From Candidatus Dormiibacterota bacterium (GTDB lineage: Bacteria; Chloroflexota; Dormibacteria; Aeolococcales; Aeolococcaceae): 64,000 bases of DNA. The stretch covers positions 36,455-100,454 of the forward strand of contig CAVPXI010000011.1 of the NCBI GenBank assembly GCA_963709585.1, given 5' to 3'. Below the pieces are notes generated by a model. That model was not told where the DNA came from and did not search any database. It saw nothing but the letters and a program-made list of their open reading frames with translations. Shown piece by piece: positions 42,348 to 51,193 of this stretch (the first letter of the stretch is position 1; each line of letters opens with the position of its first letter). The position numbers and the translations under genes were made by a program.

Positions 42348-43971
42348 TCAGGCAACGGGGAGCTCGGCAAAGAAGTCCCTGGGGTAGACATCCACCTGCA
42401 GCAGGCCGACCTCGCGCACGTCCTCAGCGGCTGGGAGAGCGGCAAGGTTCGAAGCGTCGATGCACAGATCGTCGTGGCATGAGCCTCGGAGAACAATGAT
42501 GAAAACCGGGCCAGGCCGTAAGGCGTACGACGCCGGCGCGGCGTGCTGGAACCGGCATAGCCCGGCTGCACCCGATGCGTATCTGCACGGCTGAAGCGGC
42601 AGCACCGAGACACCCTTCCCAACGTTCCAGCCGACCGAATACGACTCCCAGTACCCGCCGTAGCCCTGCGCGACACCGAGCTCGGTCAAGGTTGCGGTCA
42701 GCTGCGCGGCGTCGGTGTAATCGGGGCCCTCGAAGGGGTAGGGCGTAAGCCGGATGACGCCTGCTGCGCTGACGAGCGCCAGGCAGGCGACCACTCCGAC
42801 CACGACGCGCCGTCGCCAGCCAGCGGTACCGAACGCGATCGGGAGGACGGCTGCGAGTGCAAACCACAAGCCATCGAGATAGTGTCCCTGGTAGTTGATC
42901 GGGGAGGTCTGGACTCCAAGGCCGGTCACGCAGAGAGCACCGATCAGTCCCGCACCCGATAACGCCCAAAAGTACACGTAGACGTCGCTATCGGCAGACG
43001 TATGGGCACGACGGCCCGCGACACCCCGAATCGCCAGGTAGAACAGCGCGGCAAAGAGCACGAAGGCCGCGATCGCAAGCGCACCTGGGAGGGCATCGTC
43101 GTACCAGGCTCCGGAGATCATCTGGCCCAAGGTCGACGCGGCGACACGTAACCCCGCACCAACTCCGGCCAGTGAGAGCCCCGGAGCGGAGACGCCGGTG
43201 CTATCGATGCCGTTCGCGTGTGCGATGACGGTGATCGCGATAGCTGTAAGGCTTGCGATTCCTGCGGTGATCAACAGCACTCCACGCCGGTCAGGTCGAC
43301 GGTGCGCAAGCACTGATGCACAGATCAACCAGGGGCCAACCGCGGCGGCAACGGCGAGCGTATCGGAGGCAATGCACACCCCAGCGAGCGCGCCTGGCCG
43401 CCAGCGAGGATGCGACCGAATGACGGACGGGTTGCCGGGACAGCGCCACCAACTGCCACGCGCTCGCTGCCGTGATCAGCACGGTGCATCCATGCGCCAG
43501 GGGACTCAGCGCTTCCCAGGCGATCACCGGCGGAGCAGCGACGCACAGCACGCCGACAAGCACGGCGTTCGTTGTCTTCATGACTTGCCGAGCGGTCGAA
43601 ACCATCAACGCGATGGACGCGATCATCATTGCCCCGCCGAGCGCCATGCCGGCAACGGCATTGCCGCTGACCTGATCGAGCAAACCGACGAACCACAGCG
43701 GTCCCAGGCCCGCCTGATCGCGAAGCGGGACTCCGTGCCCCCATCCGGCATGAAAGACGGCGTCTCCCAGGTGGAGGGCCGCGGGGAAGTCGGCGTACCA
43801 GTAGAACGAAGAGAGTATCTCGGGCAAACGCACCACGACGACCAAGACGTAGACGAGGCCCGCAACCACTGGCACGACGAGCTGTGGGTCTCGCCACCAG
43901 TGCCGGTGCGCGCCGGCACTTTGGCCGCCGGTCTCGGGCACGAGGCGTCTACCCGAATGGGCGGTGATCAC
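42348..43971 (-). CDS. Polytopic membrane protein, possibly a GT-C-type glycosyltransferase; apparent frameshift near 43,396
   Basis: ORFs 43291..43971 and 42348..43379 join as SSLAAGALAGVCIASD after removing one base. YWYAD loop after TM1 and C-terminal GYGGYWES. Confidence 0.6.
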
Positions 43972-44151
43972 CGACCGATGGTAAGCAGCCCAGTTCCTGA
44001 GCCACCTACGACTGGGTTACGTCCAGTTCCGCACGCGTGACGATGGCGCGGTTCCCGCCGAAGTCTCGCTACGCCTCGCTCTTGACACCACCATCGGGCC
44101 AGCGGGGGATCCTGCCTTGGCACCGAGAGCTCTGAGGAAAGCCTCAACTCA

Positions 44152-44181
44152 AGCTCCTGATAATGCATATTCTCACGATCT
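44152..44181. other. dif-like tyrosine recombinase core site
   Basis: AGCTCCTGATAA-TGCATA-TTCTCACGATCT: 12-bp imperfect inverted arms (9/12) around a 6-bp spacer one base from the E. coli dif spacer TGTATA. Intergenic, 1.9 kb upstream of an Xer-like gene. Confidence 0.6.
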
Positions 44182-44308
44182 AGACGCCACCCACTGCAGG
44201 CGCCAACCCCTGACTCCTCCCCTTGGCCATTCCTGGAGCTCGGCGGCGGCGAGGCTACACTGGCTCGCTCATAACGCAGCGATCAGCGGTTCACCGGGAG
44301 CTCAGCGC

Positions 44309-45202
44309 TTGTCAGACATCGCGTCCGAACTGCCACGGATCCTCGCGGTCGCACAGGCTCAGCATCCGGACCCGGCGGGCTGGTCGCTGGCCATGAATGT
44401 CGACTGGCTCGAGCACTCCTACTTTGGTACCGGGGTCTCGAGAAACCTCGAGGTTCTGCCCGGCGGCGAGCTCGGCGGCTGTGCATCCGTACGGATCGAC
44501 CCCGAGGATCGTGGCGCGGTCACGGTCACGGCGATGCTCCGGCCGGGCTGCGAGCACCTCTGGGCTGCGCAGCTCGTGTGGATCGAGGCACAGGTCCAGG
44601 ATGCCGGCGCGGGCACGGTCCGCGTGGTGAGCGAATGTCTCAGCGACGCCGAGGCCCTCCGCTGGACGGCCGCGGGATACCTCCTCGTCTTCGAGGAGGT
44701 ATCCATGGATCGAGATCTGACCGATACGAGCGCCGCACGACGAGCCCGATGGCCGCAGGGCACCACCCTCGTCGACTGGGGGGTCGCGGCCGCCGACGCG
44801 AGCTTCGAGGTCTATGCGGCGGCATTCAGGGAGAGGCCCGGTTTCCCGGGCTGGTCGCGCTCCGAGTGTATCGACGCGTTCACCGGCGACGACGACTTCC
44901 TGACCGCAGCCTCGTTCTGCGTGCTCCGCGATGGCGTCCCGGTGGCATTCGTCGTGTGCAGCACCGGCTGGATCGACCAGGTTGGGGTCGCTCCTGCTCA
45001 TCGCCGCCTCGGGCTCGCGACTGCACTCGTGATCGAGGCGACGGCTCGGATGCGAGCACTCGGCATCGGCGTGGCGCGTCTGCATGTCAACACGAACAAT
45101 CCAGGAGCGCTGGCGACATGGCGGCGGCTCGGCTGGCGCGAGTCGGGCCGGCGAGGGCGGTTCGAGCGCGTCGTCACCCGCAGCGCTCCAGGCACGAGCT
45201 GA
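44309..45202 (+). CDS. GNAT family N-acetyltransferase
   Basis: WIDQVGVAPAHRRLGLATAL, LHVNTNNPGA and W.RLGW. Start approximate (TTG). Confidence 0.85.
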   Translation: MSDIASELPRILAVAQAQHPDPAGWSLAMNVDWLEHSYFGTGVSRNLEVLPGGELGGCASVRIDPEDRGAVTVTAMLRPGCEHLWAAQLVWIEAQVQDAGAGTVRVVSECLSDAEALRWTAAGYLLVFEEVSMDRDLTDTSAARRARWPQGTTLVDWGVAAADASFEVYAAAFRERPGFPGWSRSECIDAFTGDDDFLTAASFCVLRDGVPVAFVVCSTGWIDQVGVAPAHRRLGLATALVIEATARMRALGIGVARLHVNTNNPGALATWRRLGWRESGRRGRFERVVTRSAPGTS

Positions 45203-45260
45203 GCGCACCCGGCAGCAGTAGATCTGGAAGCGCCGTAAGCAGGGCTTAGGGTTAGTGGCG

Positions 45261-46070
45261 ATGGATACCGACGCGCGGATCATCCGCGCCGGAGGCGTCA
45301 GCCTTGCCTCGTTCCTCGCCCTGACGGTCTCCTCATGGCGAAGCGCGCTGGGCCGGAACCTGGCGGGGGTCTACGTGCTTGGATCCCTGTCGACTGGTGC
45401 GTTCAATGTGCACACCAGCGACATCGACGTGCTCGCGACCACGCGAACGCTCATCGACGAGATCGCGAACGCACGGCTCCTGGAAGTTCACCAGGCGATC
45501 CAGGGCTGGGGTCACGATCGCTGGGGGGACAGCCTCGATGCGGTCTTCGTCCCGGCCAGGGCGCTGGCGCTGCCTGCCGTGCCGCCGATGGCGGTGCTGC
45601 AACTCCATCCCGAGGAAGGGTTCAAGGTCGAGCCGCTCGGCCCCGACTTCATGATCCAGAAGCGAATCCTCCGCCAGCACGGCATCACGCTATTCGGACC
45701 CAGGATCGCGAGGATCGTGGCGCCGGTGGCGAACGGCGAGCTTCGCGAGGCCCAGATCGGCACCTTGCGCGACTGGTGGCGGCCTCAGCTCGAATTCCCC
45801 GGCCAGTTTCTCAATCGCCTCTACCAGGCGTACGCGGTGCTCACCATGTGCCGTGCCCTGTGCCTGCTCGCGACCGGCGAGGTCATGACCAAGCCGGAAG
45901 CCGCCGCCTGGGCGCTGCACGGTCCGTATCTGGAAGCCTGGCGTCCGTTGATCGGGTCGGCGATCGCCTACCCGGGCGGCGCGCAACCGGACCAACGCCC
46001 TGCGACCCTCGACTTCATCAGATTCACGCTCGAGGAGGCCGGAATCGGTCACGAGGCGCCAAGCTCCTGA
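45261..46070 (+). CDS. Aminoglycoside adenylyltransferase-like nucleotidyltransferase (with DUF4111-type C-terminal domain)
   Basis: GVYVLGSL..G.F....SDIDVL, GITLFGP, YAVLTMCRAL and TKPEAAAWA. Confidence 0.8.
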   Translation: MDTDARIIRAGGVSLASFLALTVSSWRSALGRNLAGVYVLGSLSTGAFNVHTSDIDVLATTRTLIDEIANARLLEVHQAIQGWGHDRWGDSLDAVFVPARALALPAVPPMAVLQLHPEEGFKVEPLGPDFMIQKRILRQHGITLFGPRIARIVAPVANGELREAQIGTLRDWWRPQLEFPGQFLNRLYQAYAVLTMCRALCLLATGEVMTKPEAAAWALHGPYLEAWRPLIGSAIAYPGGAQPDQRPATLDFIRFTLEEAGIGHEAPSS

Positions 46071-46074
46071 TAAT
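46060..46074 (+). repeat. 15-bp direct repeat CAAGCTCCTGATAAT (other copy 44,150-44,164); recombinase half-site over the putative -10 of the recombinase gene
   Basis: Perfect match between the two positions. GATAAT lies 7 nt before the ATG at 46,082. Confidence 0.8.
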
Positions 46075-46081
46075 AGTGAGC

Positions 46082-47131
46082 ATGGCGGCTCACCTTCGCC
46101 CCACCCGCCGGCCGACGGCGCCACGTGAGCGCCGCGGCCCTGCCTGGGCCGGCCACGTTCCGGGTCCCACCGATTCGATGCCGGATCAGGTCGTGCAGTT
46201 CCTCGACTGGTTGCGGGTGCAGCGCAATCGCCCCGCGACCACGGTGCGCGCCTACCGGCAGGATCTCGCCAAGTTCGTCGCGTTCCTGCGGACCCGCCCG
46301 CTCGCCGATGACCTGCTCTCCGGGGTCGACCGTTCGATGCTGCGCCGCTATCAGATCGAGCTCGCCGACGTCCTGCCCAACCCTCGCTCGCGTGCCCGGG
46401 CGCTGGTCGCGCTGCGGCGGTTCCTCGCCTATGCCTACGACGAAGGCTGGGTCGCGGCGGAGCTGAGCAGACAGGTCTCGGTGCCTCGGTATGTGGTGGG
46501 TGACCCGCACCCGGTGCCGACCGAGCATGTGCCGCGACTGCTCGCCGCGCTGCCCAAGGAGACCCTCCGCGATCGTCGCGACCGCGCCCTCATCCAGCTG
46601 CTGCTGAGCACCGGGTGTCGCATCGCCGAGGCGTGCGGGCTGGATCGCGGCGACGTCCGACCCGAGGGATTGCGCGTTCTTGGCAAAGGTGGCAAATACA
46701 GAACTGTGTATTGCACCGAGGGTGCCTTCGCGGCTGTCGATGACTACCTCAAGATGCGTGGCCCTGACCCCTCCCCTGCCCTGTTCATCAGTGTCGCGCG
46801 CGCCGACGTGCCCCACGGACGCGCCCTGCCGCACAACCGCCTCACCACCGACGGCGCCCGGCGAGCGTTGAGCGCGCTGCGACGGCGCATGGGCGTCGAT
46901 CCGGAGATGTTCGATCTCTTCAGCGATCTCCGCACTCCGCACGCCGCCCGGCACACGGCGGCGACCACGCTGCTCGAGGCGACCGACGGCGATGTGCGGC
47001 TCGTGCAGGAGGTGCTCGGGCACGCAACCCTCGAGACGCTCAAGGTCTACACGGAGATCACCGATCGGCGCAAACGCCAGGCATATCGGCGCCTCGGCGA
47101 CTATCTCGACGAGGTGGCCGCCCGCGCATGA
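46082..47131 (+). CDS. Tyrosine recombinase, XerC/XerD-like
   Basis: SAM-like N-domain (FL.WL...R....TVRAYRQDL) and catalytic set TGCRIAE, GKGGKYR, PHAARH, LGH, KVYT. Confidence 0.9.
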   Translation: MAAHLRPTRRPTAPRERRGPAWAGHVPGPTDSMPDQVVQFLDWLRVQRNRPATTVRAYRQDLAKFVAFLRTRPLADDLLSGVDRSMLRRYQIELADVLPNPRSRARALVALRRFLAYAYDEGWVAAELSRQVSVPRYVVGDPHPVPTEHVPRLLAALPKETLRDRRDRALIQLLLSTGCRIAEACGLDRGDVRPEGLRVLGKGGKYRTVYCTEGAFAAVDDYLKMRGPDPSPALFISVARADVPHGRALPHNRLTTDGARRALSALRRRMGVDPEMFDLFSDLRTPHAARHTAATTLLEATDGDVRLVQEVLGHATLETLKVYTEITDRRKRQAYRRLGDYLDEVAARA

Positions 47132-47157
47132 CGCGGCCGAGGCGCCGCCGTCGGTCG

Positions 47158-47619
47158 CTACGCTTGCGGCCGCCAGGTGTTGCCGAGCACGCGCACCGCG
47201 CTGCCTCCGTTCTCCTCACAGCAGGCGAGCAGCTCTGCCCCGATCGGCGGGTACATCTCGAGGTCGCTGAGCGCCTGGAGCGGTTGCCACTTCGCGTCGC
47301 GGAGTGACTTGTCGTCCATCCCGACGGCAAGCGTCCCGCCGCGAATCGTGCCCGCGTAGACGGCGTTGACGATGTGGCGGCCGCCGGGTTTCGGGTCGAT
47401 CGCCTCGCAGACAAGAAGAAGCCTGCCGATCTCGACGGTATAGCCGGTCTCCTCGAGCAGCTCGCGCGCGCCCGCCGCCACCATCGTTTCGCCGGCGTCC
47501 ACGCCGCCGCCGGGGACGAGCCAATACGAGCGGCCACCTTTCTCATGCCTGACGAGGAGCACCTCCCCGTCGCGACAGATGAGCACGCCGACGCGGATCC
47601 GGATGGCGCGATCGCTCAC
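47158..47619 (-). CDS. NUDIX hydrolase
   Basis: Nudix box PGGGVDAGE...AGARELLEETG. Confidence 0.9.
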   Translation of the reverse strand: MSDRAIRIRVGVLICRDGEVLLVRHEKGGRSYWLVPGGGVDAGETMVAAGARELLEETGYTVEIGRLLLVCEAIDPKPGGRHIVNAVYAGTIRGGTLAVGMDDKSLRDAKWQPLQALSDLEMYPPIGAELLACCEENGGSAVRVLGNTWRPQA

Positions 47620-47668
47620 CTGGCGATTATCCGGCCCGAAGAGCGGGACGCGATCTCCACACCGGCGC

Positions 47669-47721
47669 TTGACTTCGAACATCCGTTCCCTGGTACTGTC
47701 ATCGCCATGGAACATCCGTTC
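47669..47721 (+). promoter_or_regulatory. Promoter with two LexA (SOS) boxes upstream of the LysM gene
   Basis: GAACATCCGTTC at 47,677-47,688 and 47,710-47,721. TTGACT at 47,669 and TG-G-TACTGT at 47,691-47,699. Confidence 0.8.
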
Positions 47722-47732
47722 GGTGCAGGAAC

Positions 47733-48044
47733 ATGATCCAGGACAGTCTCGGTCCAAACCGCTTCTCGCGTCAGGCGGATCGTCTCAGCCGCCCAGCGCG
47801 GCTCGCCCTCGTGGTGGCCACTGCGGCCGCCGGGCTCGTCGTCGTCGGCGGTGTCGCCTACGCGGGATCTCCCACCACGAACACGCGAGTGGTCGTCCAT
47901 ACGGGCGACACACTCTGGGGCGTCGCCGCAGCGCACTACCCCGGCTCGAACATCGAAGAGTCGATCTCGATCATCGAGTCGACGAACCACCTCAGCGGCG
48001 CGGCCATCAGGCCGGGCGAGGCCCTGACCCTACCGGCACCCTGA
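47733..48044 (+). CDS. Membrane-anchored LysM protein, YneA/ChiZ-like SOS division inhibitor candidate
   Basis: TM segment, then VVVHTGDTLWGVA...I...N.L....IRPGE.L.LP; SOS boxes upstream. Confidence 0.82.
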   Translation: MIQDSLGPNRFSRQADRLSRPARLALVVATAAAGLVVVGGVAYAGSPTTNTRVVVHTGDTLWGVAAAHYPGSNIEESISIIESTNHLSGAAIRPGEALTLPAP

Positions 48045-48945
48045 CCGGCCTCGGCATCGCCGGCTCGTCGGTGGTGCGGCCGTCGCCGATGTCCTCGAGC
48101 CAGCGCGGCAGCCCCGAAGGACGCGGGCGTGGGGCATCGAGCCTCGGGTTCGATCCGCCGCCACCACCGCCGCCGTCATCTTCGCGCCCGTCGGACCCGG
48201 CGCTGAGCAGGTTCATGAACACCACCCAGAAGGCGGCGAAGAGCGCGATCTTGCTGGCCAGCGCGATGCTTGCGCCCGCGATCTGCTGATCGGTCATCGC
48301 ATCGATGCCGAAGAGCTGCGGGCCGGCGCCGTATGCCGGGTAGAGGACGTGACCCGCTAGCGCAACCAGCAGCCCGCCCAGGGTCTGCGGGATCGTGGCG
48401 AGCACGATGTACCCGAGCTTGCCGAACCCCGTGAGGGCTCGAGCCGGAGGCGAGCACGGGGTCACGATCGGCCACCAGAAGAGCACCGACACCAGCAGGA
48501 GCGTCGCCTGCATGAGGTCGTACAGCCACCCCTGAGCGAGGGCCGCGTCGTACGCGGGGGCCAGGTGCCAAAGGATGAAGCCGGCGTTCACCGCGATGAT
48601 CGCGACGATCGGATGCACGGCGAGACGGAGCGGAAGTGGCACGGATCTCGGAACGATCCCCGCGTTGCGCGGGAGCGACAGGAGCAGGAGCGCGGGCACC
48701 GGCCCCATGAGGATGAGCACCTGGACCAGGTGGGCCGCGAGCAGATAGTGCTGGGCGAGCGTGGCCAGTGGGGTAATCCAGATCGCGACGAGCAGCACGC
48801 ACGCAGAGGCGAGTGCGCCGCGCCTCCCACGGCTCGGCGGCACTCCGGACCGGCGGATGACCCAGAACCAGACGGCGACGACCAGGACGATGAGACCCAG
48901 CAGGAGCGGATCGACGTTCAGGGCGGTTGCCGGCGGGCGAGCCAT
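48007..48945 (-). CDS. ctaG: Cytochrome c oxidase assembly factor, CtaG (Caa3) family
   Basis: AHLVQ, WHL.P.Y, LFWWPI and DQQIAG motifs with multiple TMs. Confidence 0.8.
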   Translation of the reverse strand: MARPPATALNVDPLLLGLIVLVVAVWFWVIRRSGVPPSRGRRGALASACVLLVAIWITPLATLAQHYLLAAHLVQVLILMGPVPALLLLSLPRNAGIVPRSVPLPLRLAVHPIVAIIAVNAGFILWHLAPAYDAALAQGWLYDLMQATLLLVSVLFWWPIVTPCSPPARALTGFGKLGYIVLATIPQTLGGLLVALAGHVLYPAYGAGPQLFGIDAMTDQQIAGASIALASKIALFAAFWVVFMNLLSAGSDGREDDGGGGGGGSNPRLDAPRPRPSGLPRWLEDIGDGRTTDEPAMPRPVRVPVGSGPRPA

Positions 48946-49016
48946 GAATCAAACGCTATCGCACCTCGCGCATCGCTGTCGCGACGCGGTACAAATGGGG
49001 CGACGCAATGCGCCCC

Positions 49017-49475
49017 ATGATCACCCGACTGCGAACACGTGCCTACCAGTTCTCGCTGCGGACCGGGAAACCACCCGGCGATGTGCTCGGTGAATTCGCT
49101 CAACGCCCGATGCCGGGGATCGCAGTCGCCGAGCGTGGACCCAACTACCTGGTGCTCCGGCCGCAGCAGCGCCGGCGATACGGCGGCGACGTCGCCGTGC
49201 TCCTCGCCCTGGCGATCGTGCTCGCCGTGCTCATCCTCACCGCGGTGACCCCGGTGCTGGTCGTGCTGCTTCCGCTCGCAGTGCTTCCCGGGGTGCCACT
49301 GCTCGTGGACAACCGCCCCGACCTCGCCATCAGCGCGGTCGCCGACGACCTCGGCGGTACCCGCGTGACCGTGCACGGCCAGGCGAGCTCGGAACTTGCC
49401 GCCGCGCTCGACGCGTACCTCGGCTCACTCCCCCGCCTGACACTCGAGAACATCGGGGGCGGGCCCCAGGGGTAG
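49017..49475 (+). CDS. Hypothetical membrane protein
   Basis: Central hydrophobic hairpin flanked by beta-rich segments; fills the gap. Confidence 0.6.
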   Translation: MITRLRTRAYQFSLRTGKPPGDVLGEFAQRPMPGIAVAERGPNYLVLRPQQRRRYGGDVAVLLALAIVLAVLILTAVTPVLVVLLPLAVLPGVPLLVDNRPDLAISAVADDLGGTRVTVHGQASSELAAALDAYLGSLPRLTLENIGGGPQG

Positions 49476-49513
49476 GGCCCGAGAGCCGGCCTTTCGGCGC
49501 GGCGGCTACGTGG

Positions 49514-50149
49514 CTACTTGAGGAGCCGGATAACCGCGACCACCACGCCCTCGAGCTGCAACTCGCGCGCGTAGATCGGCTCCATCGTGCTGTTCTCGGG
49601 CTGCAGGCGGATCCGGCCCGCCTCGCGGAAGAAGCGCTTGACGGTCACCTCGCTCTCGCCGGTGTACTCGTTCTCGATCCGGGCGACCACGATGGTGCCG
49701 TTCGCCGGAGCGTCACGGCGGGGGCTGACGACCACCAGGTCGCCGTCGCGGATGCCCGCGTCGATCATGCTGTCGCCGTGCACCGTCAGCGCGTAGGAGT
49801 TATCGCCTCCCGCGATCTCCGCGCCCACGTCAAGGTGCTCTTCGACGTTCTCCACGGCCAGCACCGGGGTGCCGGCCGCGACGCGACCGACCAGCGGGAG
49901 GTGAACGATGTTGCCGCGGCTGCGGGGTGCCTCGGTATTGACGATCTCGACCGTTCGTGACTTCGCGGGGTCCCGGGTGATGAAACCTCGGGTCTCGAGG
50001 GTGTTCAGATGGTTCTGCACCGTGGACGACGAACTCAGACCAACCGCGCGCCCGATCTCCCGAACGGTCGGCGGATATGAGTGATCGCGGCTGTGATCTC
50101 GTAGGTAATCAAGGATTTGACGCTGCCGCGGATTCAGGGAGTCAGGCAT
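49514..50149 (-). CDS. lexA: LexA repressor
   Basis: RQRQILDY, YPPTVREI, cleavage site VAAG.P, GDSM (Ser) and TVKR (Lys). Confidence 0.95.
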   Translation of the reverse strand: MPDSLNPRQRQILDYLRDHSRDHSYPPTVREIGRAVGLSSSSTVQNHLNTLETRGFITRDPAKSRTVEIVNTEAPRSRGNIVHLPLVGRVAAGTPVLAVENVEEHLDVGAEIAGGDNSYALTVHGDSMIDAGIRDGDLVVVSPRRDAPANGTIVVARIENEYTGESEVTVKRFFREAGRIRLQPENSTMEPIYARELQLEGVVVAVIRLLK

Positions 50150-50189
50150 TGCTTTGAAACATCCTCCAGCCAAAGCTTGGGCGACCCGG

Positions 50190-50228
50190 AATGTAGCACG
50201 GAAGCCCGAAAAATGCAAACGGATGTTC
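50190..50228 (-). promoter_or_regulatory. lexA promoter with SOS box overlapping the -35
   Basis: On the minus strand: TTGCAT (50,218-50,213), 17 bp, TG-C-TACATT (-10 at 50,195-50,190). GAACATCCGTTT at 50,228-50,217. Confidence 0.75.
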
Positions 50229-50233
50229 TGGGT

Positions 50234-51193
50234 CTACGGACTGCCCTCGACGCGCTCGGACTTCGGTTGGGCGCCGGCCACCAGATCGCGGACCTCGGCC
50301 ACCAGCTCATCGAAGCTGACGAGATCCGGGCGGAGCCAGGTGAGCCGCGTGTCGCGGCGGAACCAGGTTCGCTGCGCGCGGGCGTAGCGAAGGGTCCGGC
50401 GCATGGTCGCCTGCATTGCGGCCTCGAGATCGAGGTGCCCTTCGATGAGGTCGAGGGCCTCGCTGTACCCGATGCCGCACGAGCCGATGACCTCCCGATC
50501 CAGTCCACGTCCGAGCAACCAGCGCACCTCGTTCTGGATGCCGCCGCTGTCGAACATCCCGGCGATTCGATGCTCGATCCAGCGGGCGTGCACTGGACGG
50601 GCGACGTCGAGCCCGACCATCACCGTCGGCCGGGGCGCGGCGCGTTTTCGTGCGCTCAGGATGGAACCGCCCTTGGCGTCGAGGATCTCGAGTGCGCGGA
50701 TCACCCGCCGCGGATTGCGCTGGTCAACCCCGGGCGCACCTTCCGGGTCCCGCCTGCGCAGCTCTGCGGCGAGCGACGCCAGGCCTTCGGGGGTGGCCGC
50801 GAGCTCGGAGCGATCCGCGCGCCGGACCGGGTCCGGGGGCACCTGGGCGAGGTCGAAGCCGTCGATGAGCGCGGTGACGTACAGGCCGGTTCCCCCGGCA
50901 ACGACGGGATATGTCCCGGCGCGGTCGAGCCGCTCCAGGCTGCGTCGCGCCGCCGCGAGCCAGTCGGCGACCGTGAACGCCTCCCCCGGGTCGCAGAGGT
51001 CGAGCAGGTGGCAGCGGATCCCGTGCAGCTCTGACGGAAGCGGCGCGCAGGTTCCGACGCGCAGCCCGCGGCGCACCTGCCGCGAGTCCGCGTTGATGAT
51101 CTCGGCCGGAGCGAGCGTCTGCGCGGCGGCCACGGCCAGTGCCGTCTTGCCGGAGCACGTCGGTCCGACGATGACCAGCATCGGGCGGGTCAT
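50234..51193 (-). CDS. miaA: tRNA dimethylallyltransferase
   Basis: GPTCSGKT, INADSRQV, GGTGLYV, NPRRVIRALE and YARAQRTWF. Confidence 0.95.
   Translation of the reverse strand: MTRPMLVIVGPTCSGKTALAVAAAQTLAPAEIINADSRQVRRGLRVGTCAPLPSELHGIRCHLLDLCDPGEAFTVADWLAAARRSLERLDRAGTYPVVAGGTGLYVTALIDGFDLAQVPPDPVRRADRSELAATPEGLASLAAELRRRDPEGAPGVDQRNPRRVIRALEILDAKGGSILSARKRAAPRPTVMVGLDVARPVHARWIEHRIAGMFDSGGIQNEVRWLLGRGLDREVIGSCGIGYSEALDLIEGHLDLEAAMQATMRRTLRYARAQRTWFRRDTRLTWLRPDLVSFDELVAEVRDLVAGAQPKSERVEGSP

Noticed and set aside
45203-45260. Integron attC site between the GNAT and nucleotidyltransferase genes
   Set aside because: There is no RYYYAAC...GTTRRRY pair (GTTAGTG does not fit), and the recombinase lacks an evident IntI-specific insertion.
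45261-46070. Bona fide aadA resistance gene
   Set aside because: Only family-level motifs are visible. Such homologues are common in soil bacteria and the substrate cannot be inferred.
38989-47131. Prophage (lysozyme plus tyrosine recombinase)
   Set aside because: There are no structural, terminase, holin or replication genes. The GH25 has a signal peptide and the recombinase is Xer-like.
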